DNA of 64,000 nt from Auanema rhodensis (taxonomy: Eukaryota > Animalia > Nematoda): positions 14,694,001 through 14,758,000 of the forward strand of contig OZ059899.1 of the NCBI GenBank assembly GCA_964057225.1, read 5' to 3'. The notes under the pieces were generated by a model, which ran no database searches, was not told the origin of the DNA, and saw nothing but the letters and a program-made list of their open reading frames with translations. The translations under genes were made by a program, and so were the position numbers. Positions 15,001-26,125 of this stretch are shown in pieces (position 1 is the stretch's first letter; every line of letters starts with the position of its first letter).

Positions 15001-17125
15001 CAATAAATATGAACTGATGGACCTCCTCTTAAAGGATTCTGAAGTCACATTAACGTCATCATGATCATGCCGCGATAGTTATCATGAATTTAAGGTGACA
15101 TGTGACAAGAATGAATGTTCTGATGTTCAGAAACACAAACGTACTACATGTCAAATGAGAAGAGAAAAGAGAGAAGATTCGAAGTTTTAAGAGTTTTAAG
15201 TGAGCTACGAATGATTGAAACAATCTGTGCCAATAAGATGAAATGACAGCGAGCGGCAGGCAAAGGACAAAATATCTCAATAAGCAATTTCAAAGAAAAC
15301 ATTGTGATGATAAAGATTAACTATCATTGATTTTTCTATTTAGATATACTATAATAATAGATTTGATAGTAATATTTGAAAATTACATGTCAATAGAGTC
15401 ATTGATATTTCATATAGACCTGATTTGTTGCTTGTTGCATGAGTATAAACATGTAATCATTTTCAGTACAATAGAAAAATAATGAAATGATTAAGAATAA
15501 CAAGAAAAACATATTAGATAAATAATGAGATGACAGAAGAATTGAGAAAAAAATTGAAACACAACCGTTAATCACGTCAGCAACAACGAAAATGAAACAG
15601 GTGCTCACGTGAACAGGTTCACGTGCAATGATATGTGCGTCAATCAGATTCGAACTGAAATCATTTTCTTGTTTTAAGCGTTCGATTTTCTCAGAAAATA
15701 AAAAAAATCAATTGTGATTCATATTCAGGAGAAATAAACAAAGAAAACGAACAGAAACAACTACGAAAAGGAAGTTTAACGAATGTTGATTCCAACACAA
15801 CAAAAGCTAAGAACTTGGCAGACTAGAAGGCGTCGTTCACATCATAATTTCGGAGCTCAAGACAAACCAGTCTACGCGTGCTGATGTCCGTATCGGGTAA
15901 CAAACCAAGAACCGTTAAATGAGTCGCCTAGGTTGGAAAGAAAGCTAACGAGGCTAAGAAGTAGTTAAGAACAAAAGACAAGTATATTAGAATGAAAAAC
16001 GTTTTCAAATTAAAAGCAAGCGAAATCTTATGATGATTTCCCTAACAAGCATGCAGAAATGATGGCACAATGACAAGTAAACTATTTTTCACTTTCGAAG
16101 CATTGCAAAAGCATACATAGATTGTCAATGAATCGCTTTTCCAGATGAATAGGGTTGAATATGCAAATATATAAAAATCTGTATAGAATAAGTTTTGTTG
16201 AAAAGAGTTCAGTTTGCAAAGAACATGATATAACAGCCACGCCGGAACTTTTTATAAGAAAAGTTCAACTTTGTAAAACAACTGGAGGGCAGGTAGCCAG
16301 CTAATTTATCATCCAGGACAAGACCTGTCAACACATTTCAAAAATCCCTCGGGCGGCCGTCTTAAACACAAAGCAGAGCATATGAGAAAATAGTAAGATC
16401 TCAGGAGATTGTAAGGAACAAAATGAGAGAGAGAGACAGACATAGCATATGAGAAAGCGAAGAGAGATAGAAGAGCCTCTGAACTAAAACGACAGAAATA
16501 AGAAGACATTTCAAAGAAGTGTCATGAAATCCGATACCGGTGTCTCTTTCAGGTGCCATTATCAAGCATCTACGATTATATCGTTCTATTGCCATAATAA
16601 AAAATCATAGTGAATAGTAGAAGGTAATATGTTGAGTTTGAAAGAGTAGCCGGAGAGAAAATAGCAGAAGATATACTTAACAATGAGCTAAGAAAACTTT
16701 TAATTTTGCTGAATTAGAATGTTACAACATAAAGGCGAGTTCACCCTCGTCTCATCTCCTTATACTACAAGATGTTTTGAACAAACAAAGAAAACAAGAA
16801 ACTGCCTGGTTCCCAAAAAATTCAAATACTCACACTTCATTAACAAAGTTGTTGAACAAATTCATGGCAAAATTGTAAATCCAGAAACTGAGGTTTGTTG
16901 CAGAATAAAATGTCACAGAGGAATATGCTTACACGGAAAAGACGAATGTCACCATTGAGGATCAGCTAATAATGACAAACAGCGTCAAAAAACCTCAAAG
17001 GCATGCAGAAGATGGATGACACAAAAAATACGAGCAGACGAAAAATCTCAGAAAAGGAGAGGGGGGAGGAGTATTCGAACTTATTAAAGTTGCAGTAGCT
17101 AATTGTCTTTCATATCTTCAGTATG

Positions 17126-19328
17126 CTAACAAATAGCTGACTGATTTGTAATATTTTTCAGAAAGAGTTCCGTTCCTTCCATTACCTGAACGAAAGCTTT
17201 TGGCATGAAGGCGAACATTTCTAAGTTAACTTACTTTTCTATCCAAATGAGGAACCGCTTTAAATTGTCCGAATTTTTTTCCCGTTTCATCGAAGAAGAA
17301 TTGGGTATAGCAATCATTGCAGAAAAACATGGGGCTTTGAGGCAGATAGTTACTTCCAACAACCCTCCAACTGAAAGAATTCTAATTTAGCATTGTTTGG
17401 GTTTGATCAAAGAAAAGACAATCGAAATCAATTTCGTTCATTACACATACTCCGCAGAATTCTTTTTGCATGCAGCACATATTAAAGACTTAAAGGATTT
17501 TTGAACGAGTTTGAAGGGAAAAGGCCCAGGAGCATCAGAATGTGATCTATAATCGAATAATGTAATTCCTAATTTCCTATGTAATACCTAAGCCATATAT
17601 CGTTAAAACAAAGTAAATGTTCACAAGTCCCTTGATGAAGGAATAGATAAGGCTGTCCTAGTCTCGCCACAAGATCTACAATTCTGTAAAAGAAGTCTGC
17701 TTAGCAAGCTCTCTTATAGGGAAATGATACTTAGTTTCTCTCATTGTAGCCGTTTTCATAGGTCCTATCTTATCTTTTCTGGAAGCCCACTGACGAATAG
17801 GTCTGAACATATTTAAAAATTTTATAAAAAACAAAAAAAAACATAAAAGCCATACTTACTCTGTTAAATCTACAGCATTAGGTGTCTCATCGTCGATATA
17901 AAACGTATCATGAATGAAGAAATAGGAAGAGGGGAAATGATACTAAGAACAATTTAAAAACGAATTTCTAAGAATAAATCAGGAAAACCTTATTCGTATC
18001 ATCCTCTCGAAGCTGTTTTTCACTCATATCTTCTGAAAACATATGATCTTGTGGACACAGCAAGCATTTTCGCAAATCAGACAGGGTATTTTGTCCACTT
18101 AGAAAAAACTTTTGTGCCACTTTTAACTAAAATAGTTCATTACAAAAATCTTCTTTATATAACCTACTAGTCTTCCCATTCGAATTTCATGCCGTTGTAA
18201 CTCTCGGGCATATCCTACGAAGAGAGAAACCGAAACGATTAAATCATCCTTAATTCCGAGCATTATAAGAAAAAAAATTTAAGTTCATGCCAACTTTCCC
18301 CCAAAAAAGGTTATCGCTACGCATTTCCTCATCCGGCATATAGTAATCTGATGTTACATGAAAATTTGTATGGGAAGGTTTCCATTTGACTTTCGCATTT
18401 TGCTCTTAAAAGTTTATTGTTTAAAGCTTCATTACAAGCAAAGGCCCACCACAAAGCTCCTCGCTAAACGTTGTACTACGTATGTTGTCCCAAACATTAT
18501 TTGAATCTTGATCTAAACATGTTCAACTAAGCTAAAATTTCACGAAACACCAATACTGTGATTTAGCAAAGTTCTTCCATGTAAAACTGCACAATGGTCT
18601 TGATCTAAACCAGATGTATATTATACATAGCCTGCTTTCACTAGGAAAACAATTTCTTCCAGCAAGATAGATGAGCTCAATCATCTGGCTGGTAAGCATT
18701 AAAAACTATTAAGCTCACATTCAGTTTCATTATTTTCGACTTCTGCTTGTATAATGGCTAGTTTATTAGTTGTGAATGGTGACATATCAGCCATATCATA
18801 TTTTAGCATTCGTAAGGCAGCCGATTTGTACTGACGGTTCAATCTCTTTACTCTTTCGGCCTTTAGTATTCTATGATATATATATATATGCTTGAATATC
18901 ATATAATAGTTAGAATAGTACACTCACTTCAAGGTTCTGAAATTGTTATTAGGAAATGATTCAATTGGAGCATTCAATTCTTCATATGTCCTGTCTTTTT
19001 CATATTCTGTATGGAATGACCTGTGTACCAAACGAGCAAATACCAGATGTTAGATTCAGAGCAAAAAACTCACTCTAAATCATCCAAGATATGTTGTGCT
19101 GCTTCTATTGGTAAATTTGTTAATTTCGAAAACCGTTTTATTATATTCCCCTCCGAAAACTTAGAAAATTGAAGAGCTTCCTCACAATATCTTCGAGCCC
19201 AGGAGGCATCTTCCATGAAGTCTCTGAACCAAACCATTTAAACTACTTATATTCTATTATTACCTGAACTGAGTAGGCTTAGTAACAAATACTTGTTCAT
19301 CTGAATGGAATATCTCATCCATACTCAT
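17126..19328 (-). CDS. snpc-3: snRNA-activating protein complex subunit 3 (SNAP50/SNAPC3); multi-exon
   Basis: TTTCAG-AAA-ATG start (MSMDEIFHSDEQVFVT). Family motifs FFLSGQNTLSDLRKCLLCPQD, FPSSYFFIHDTFYID, LGQPYLFLHQGTCEHLLCFNDI and the C-terminal zinc finger CAAC...PMFFCNDCY. The last exon is uncertain (alternative stop at 17226). Confidence 0.85.
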
Positions 19329-19541
19329 TTTCTGAAAGGAAACCAAAAAGAAAAACAACCGCTCACGGCGTTAGCATAACTCAAAATGGTCCCCACAAGA
19401 AAATTTGAATATAGTTTTGAAAAATAAAACATTATCGGATTTATTGCTGACACAGGTCAAATGAGCAAGACAGAATTGTTAATGGTTAATATAATTGAGA
19501 TCGCTTATAAATACAGTCGATAATGAAATAATTTTTAATTC

Positions 19542-21174
19542 CTATTCCTGAATAATCTTCTTCACCTTTTCCTTCAAGAAAGCTTTTCGGGTCTTCAAAT
19601 TCGCATTTGGAAATTGATCTTGCAAAGAACGAATCATTTGCTTCATGCTCACCTGATATTAATCAAATTATTAATAATAAAAAAAGCAATCAAACCTCTC
19701 TCAAATCTAAAGAGTCCAATAATCCTCTGATCATATTTTCAATAACGTTATCGCTCGGATCAAAATCATAACAGATTTTCTTAAACAATTTCATATCCTT
19801 CGAAAACTTCTGCGATAAATTTAAAAATATTACAAACCAATTTCTTCTTAGGAGATGATTTCTCCCCCTTCTTCGAATTTTTCTTGGATTTTTTATCCTC
19901 TACAGCTTTTTCCTCGTCATCATTGTCATCATCGCCGTCGGCACCCTCATTGCTATCAGATTCATCACCTTCGCTTCCACTTCCACTCTCTTTATCGTTT
20001 TGGTCGTCGTCATCGTTTTGATCCTCATCATCATCTTCTTCATTGTCATCGTCTTCATTGTCACCTTCCTCTTCATCAACACTATCTTTGGATTTAGTCT
20101 TCTGAAACATTAAAATAAGCTTATTTCTTAAATTCTTTAAGACCTTAGTAGTTTTAGCTCTCTTTGCTGTTGGTTCCCCACTTCCTTTGCTCTTACGTTT
20201 TTTCGATTTTGGTTTAGTGACTGTAGTTAATTCAACATCTGGTTTCATCATGAAGTTCACGAGTAATTCAACCTAAGAAAATTGCATTAAGTAACTTAAA
20301 CGTTTGCATCTACTTACCAATTCAGTTTTACTTTTTACACCCTTCTTAATACAAAACAAGGTTTTGAGAAGTTTTAGTTCATCAAGAGTATGCTTATAAA
20401 GTTGAGTTAGTTTTTTCTCATATTCGGGTGTCGTATTATCGAATGGGAATCTAAAATGCACTAATATATTTTTTTAGGAGTCAGTTGCAATACCCATCAA
20501 ACTGCCGAATTGCTTTTTTAACCAGGGTGGATTTACAAGTACTTCCGAACAAAAATTTATGAAGGAACTTCAACTTGTCAGAATGAACTCTGTCTATTTT
20601 CTCTACGACTGAAAGATTTGTTCAAAAATGAAGATTAATTCAAGCAAATAACTAACTATGGGGTATTGATCCTAAGGGAGTTCCTTCTCCTTTGAATTGA
20701 ATTTTAGGCTTAGGAGTAACCGGTGCAGGAGAAGTTAGTGAAAGTCTCTCCACTCTTTGTCTTTTCCTTTTTCCTTCTACGACAGCTGGTAAGTCCAATA
20801 AGCCTGAAAAAAATACAATTCAAAGACAAGTTGCAAGAAAACATACCAGGCTTTGCTATTTCCTCAATATCACTATCGTCTTCATCATCTTCATCTTGAT
20901 TTTCACTTTTTTTTTCTTCGTTCTTTTTAGGCTCCTTTTTAGGAGAACGTTTTTTTGGTGACACTGTGGTCTCTTTTTCAGAATCTTGGCTCTCCTTCAC
21001 GACTTCTTCAATTTTCGGAGATTCTTCAATTTTCTTTTCAATGGTTTCCTGTACTGTCTCTGCCTCTTCAACATCTGTCTTTTCTTCGTTCAAAGTAGGC
21101 GTTTCAGCAGTAGTATCCTAATAGTTCGAACAATAAGACATTTAAAAAAGGGGACAAACCTTATCGTCACTCAT
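19542..21174 (-). CDS. DEK: DEK-like chromatin protein (pseudo-SAP/SAP region, acidic tract, DEK_C domain)
   Basis: VVEGKRKRQRVERL, GEGTPLGSIP, LKFLHKFLFG...VKKAIRQFDGFPF, ELLVNFMMKP, a long D/E tract, and C-terminal PSDNVIENMIRGLLDSLDLREVSMKQMIRSLQDQFPNANLKTRKAFLKEKVKKII. TTTCAG acceptor at 21210-21215. Confidence 0.85.
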
Positions 21175-21599
21175 ATTGTGATATTACCAACTTTTCAAAA
21201 CAGATATCTCTGAAATAATCAATTTTTAAAATAAATCAATACTCAATTTGAACTTAAGATAATGAAAACAGGCATTTAACCAATTAAGAAAAACATCAAA
21301 ACAATATGTATGACTTTTATAAAGTGCACATAGTATAGATACAAACAAGGCTGACAAGGATAGAAGGCGAAAAGATATACCTGGTCGGAAGTCAATATGC
21401 CTACTAATGACATACTTGAGAAGATGAATAAATAGCAAATCCATAAAAAACTCACGGGGTTTGAAATTATGAACTCATAGATTAATCAAAAGTGTTGGCA
21501 CCTACAAAACCAGAATCTGCTAACCCAAGCTATACAAATGATATAAAAATTATCAAGAATACGAAACATGGCTAAATTATCCTAATACATAGATTTATT

Positions 21600-22456
21600 T
21601 TAAAGAAGGGTACAGCCCCAGCTGCTAAGGAAGCTTTTCTTCTGTTGATTATTCGATCCCACATTTACGCGACCAGTGGCCGATGCTGTAACACCATGAT
21701 TTCTTTCCATTTTAGCCTTGATATCACGGGCGAGCGTGAAAAATGCCTCTTCCACATTTAAGTTTGCTTTAGCAGAAGTTTCCATAAACTTGGTACCATA
21801 CTCAATGGCCAGCTCAAATGAAAGATATAGCTTCGTGCATCAGTATCTATATAAATAAGTACCTGTTGCCCCCTATCACGAGACACCTGACGCCTTTCTT
21901 CTATGTCACATTTGTTTCCAATAATCATTCGTTCTACATCTTGTGAAGCATGCTCTTCAATATTGCGAATCCAGTTCTTGATGTTTTCAAAGGATTTTTC
22001 GTTGGTTATATCATAAACGAGCATAATGCCCTACACAACTATGCTATACAATATAACTAAACGATAACAAACCATAGCACCACGATAATAAGCAGTAGTT
22101 ATAGTTCGGAATCTTTCTTGCCCAGCAGTATCCCTTAAAAAAAAAAGTGAAACAACCATAACTAAAGAAAACGAACCATATTTGCAGTTTTATTTTCTTT
22201 CCATCCAGCTCTATAGTTCTGATTTTAAAGTCAATACCTTAAAACAAACAATATATCAGCAAAAAAGACGAATATATTTCCTTACCAATAGTGGATATGA
22301 ATGAATTATTGAAAGAATCATCAGAGAAGCGGAAAAGTACGCATGTTTTACCAACTCCACTATCACCAATTAATAAAAGCTTAAATTAAAAATGTTAAAA
22401 AAACAGTTAAAGCCAATTGCCCAAACCTTGAATAAATAATCGTATGTTTTAGCCAT
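21600..22456 (-). CDS. rab-8: Rab8 small GTPase (6 coding exons)
   Basis: [42 protein letters not shown], and C-terminal CaaX CTLL typical of Rab8. Confidence 0.97.
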
Positions 22457-22749
22457 AACAGTATTCCAATCTTATCGAATCACTCACAAAAACCTTAGCG
22501 TAAAGTTTTTACAACGAATAGTACAAAACAAACTGAAAATGAAACAATTATAAATGATATAGTTGATCACGAACACAAGATAATGTTCCTTTAAACAAGA
22601 TTAATACAACAGCCAATGTTAAATGCAGATCGTTCTTTATTGTTAATACGATTTGCTTACACGTTAAATTAATTTTTTTAAACTTATTTATATAATTATA
22701 AAATATAATTAATTATTGACAACAAAACCTATTTTGAAATAAAAATTCA

Positions 22750-22870
22750 AATAGCGCGAACGTTCGTTCCGCGAGCGCGCTCACGTGAGTGTGCGGCCGC
22801 TGCATACTGCTTGCTGGCCACTATCCGGCTTGTTTTGTCTCGCTGGCGTCCAGTAATGTAATGTGACGCC
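22750..22870. promoter_or_regulatory. CpG/GC-rich bidirectional promoter core between rab-8 and the PCMTD-like gene
   Basis: GC-rich island with four consecutive palindromes inside AT-rich DNA between divergent genes. Confidence 0.6.
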
Positions 22871-23110
22871 ATTGATTTCTGTAATTATATTCTAAAAGTT
22901 AATCTGTTTCTAATCATCCTAAAGTATATTTCTTAAGCAGACCTTTATTTTTTAAATTAGGTGAAAAGAATATTCCTTACTTGAGTTATACATGCGGAGC
23001 AAAGTTGTTTATTTCGCTCACATGACATCTTAGTCAGCATTGCTTTTTCTAATTCTTGAAATGAACAGTTTGATTTTTTACGTAACTCTTTTCCTCATTC
23101 AGTAAAAAGA

Positions 23111-26060
23111 ATGGGAGTCACGCCTAGTAAAGATAATGAAGACTTAATTGATACATTAGTCGAGACTGGCCACATACGTTCACCATGCGTAGAAATGGGA
23201 TTCAGGTTTGTTTTTGGAAGTGTAATATATATCTTATCAGATGACCATTTCAGACTAGTAGACCGTGGAAGATATATTCCAATTAAATATAATTCAGAAG
23301 CATACACAGATCAACCGTTTAAGGCTTGACAATGTTTTTATAAAATGCTGGTCAACTTTGAGATTATAGATTCCTGAAGCTGATGCGGCTGAATGGCGAC
23401 CCGGTTTACTTCATATATCGGCACCTTGTATGTATGCATGTGTCTTGGAAAAACTTCAAATTCGCAAGGGGGATGCGTTTTTGAATATAGGATCAGGGTC
23501 TGGATGGTTGAACACACTCTGTGGATACCTCATTGGTAACATAAACTATCAAAGCATCTGAAAATAATAATATTCTTCTGTTAATCAGAAAAATTCCTTT
23601 TTTTCTATTTCGACTTTGAGAAATCTTATTATCAGTTTCTCGGATAAAAAACGAAAGTGCTAAATAACCCACGCAAAATTTAATTAATGCTCTTTTATCA
23701 GACTGAGCAAACATTCCCGTTGAATTTTTATTGTTGTGTCGCGTGCTCCCATTAAAAAAAAATTTCCAGGGGCCACAGGAATAAATCATGGCATTGAAAT
23801 TCATGAGAATCTTATCGAATACGCCGAAAAAATTCTTAAAAAAACAATGCAAAGCGGAGAAGTTGCTGCTTTCGATTGGTGCAAGCCAAAGTAAGATAAG
23901 CTGTTTTCCAGTTATCTAAACTTTAAAAAGAAATCCAACATTGAGGAAATGCTTATTATATTTCTTTTAGGTTCATGCATGGTAATGGCTTAACACTTAA
24001 ATTACCGGATGGCGCTCAGGGATATAATCGTATTTATTGCGGAGCTTCGGTTCATGATGCTGCTACTGTATATAGACTTCTTCGTTTATTAGTTATAGGA
24101 GGACGCCTCGTCGCTCCATTTAATAATGGAGTAAAATTTAATCTAAATTTATTTTCATTTCCCTCAAAATTTCAGTTATTTGCCTTCACTCGAACAGATG
24201 AATTTAAATTTAAAGCTGAACATATCACTACATGCCAATTTGCTGATCTAATCATTCCTCCTAACGGTACTCCATTACAAAAACTTCCATCAATTATCAG
24301 GTGTTTACATTGAGTTTTTTGTTTACATACTTTTTTTCATTTCAAGGCCTACAGCTCTAAAGAGTTTATGTAGAAAAACCATCAGGTCAGCTGTTCGAAG
24401 TTATGTAGATGAGCTTCATAGTTTTGTACTCCGCTTGGAAACAGATAACGGCACTTCATAGTAAGTTTCTTCCAATTTTCTCTCGAAGCTTATGTTTATA
24501 TTTTCAGTAATGAAGCAATGGTAGACCGTCGCGTTATCTTAGGGGTTTGAAATACGATCATGATATTTAATGAAAAAAATATTTCAGGAAATCCGGGAAA
24601 AAGATGATGTACGCTCCATTCATGTTGTTAGAAGGTTTTCAATCTTTCTTGTTTCACACGCAATATCTATGTTTTAGAGAAAATAGTGTTATTCATTTTC
24701 GACAACATCCGACGGGTGCAGGACATCCTGCTATTCGTGAATTCGAAGCTTTCATGCGAAGAATGGGCAGGTATATTCAAGTTATAACTATCACTTGATA
24801 ACATATTTATTTCAAGTGATGAGGGAGATGCGGGAGGCGAAGAACATTTCCTTCCTGGTGAGGCTCCTGGTCAACAAGAGATTTATGTTGCTGCTCGAGC
24901 AGGAGAAGCTCTTCCCGAAGATGACGGTCATGAGAGCGACGACGATATCATCGACGTACAATAACAACATAAATACAGTTTTTATGAATATATTGTTATA
25001 GGATTTCATTGATTTTGCTGCTGAGGATATGGGATTGGTGCGCAATCCACGAGTTGTACCCAGACAACCTGAAATAGGCAGAATTGATGAAGCTGAAAAT
25101 GATAATGCGGTGATTCGATTGGTATATCGTTTCTGTTATGTTCAATATTACTTATAGGTATTTGAAATGGAAGCACGACGGGTTATAGAACATTTCGCAT
25201 TTGGTCATCAAATTCAAAGAATTGAGGCCGAGACGAGACATGAGCGTGAGGAAAGGAACTATATATTTAACGAAAATCGACTGAGAAATAGTATTCGAAG
25301 CGCATTCAACTCTGTACGACAGCAACCAGCACGACTACCCGATAACGAATCCCTAGAGTTACCTGATTTAGCCGAAACTGATTACGATTCAGGAGATGAA
25401 CCAACTGATAATAGTGCCATGAACCCACCTCCAGCAACAGTGCCCAGGTTAGAGATCATTTAAAAAAAAAAAACAATACTTTCTCCGGCCCTCTGTTAGA
25501 GAACGTACTGAATCTGAGATCATAAGAGATGTTCAAAATTTACTTAGTAATAATCGTGACATTTTCCCTCGTGTGTCATTGTCGAGTCTTGAAACAGTAA
25601 GAGCTGTTACCGTTCAAATATATCTTTATCTATTTTCTATGTAGGGTTTACGAGAGGATGAAGATGATCCAGAAGAGTAACATCTTGAAAAGCTCCAGTC
25701 TTAATAAATTTGAATTTCAGACTTTATCCTAATGACCTTCACAGACCCAGGGCAAGCAGAGGGATAATCAGAAGATTAAACGATTTCTCCCCCGGAACTG
25801 TGTCTTCTAGTAGCGTACTATATATTTATATCAATCACGTTTTATTTCCAGGTTCTGACGAGGACGCTGTTGTTGATAGAAAGAGGATGCGTACAGAGTA
25901 CTTTACAGGAGATCGTGAAGCAGAACAACAACAGCAACAACAAATTGAACGCCCGCCTAGATGTCCATCACTTTTAAAGTATGGTCATACGTATCACGCT
26001 TTACTTCAAGATTTGCCCGTTCCGAAGCATTTAACGAGATATATATGTCTTGAAAACTGA
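23111..26060 (+). CDS. PCMTD1/2-like protein (L-isoaspartyl methyltransferase-like domain plus split SOCS box)
   Basis: [77 protein letters not shown]-box-like [10 protein letters not shown] and C-terminal [14 protein letters not shown]. About 14 short introns. Confidence 0.88.
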
Positions 26061-26125
26061 GGAGTTACATCAAACTATACTAATAAGTGTACATATAAAC
26101 TTTTATTTTATTATTTGTACAAACA

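Noticed and set aside
2705-16958. Numerous 60-180 aa ORFs in the ORF track (e.g. 10311-10853, 10822-11298, 14114-14590)
   Set aside because: Low-complexity F/L/S- or E/K/R-rich translations of GA/CT tracts, with no domain motifs or consistent exon chain.
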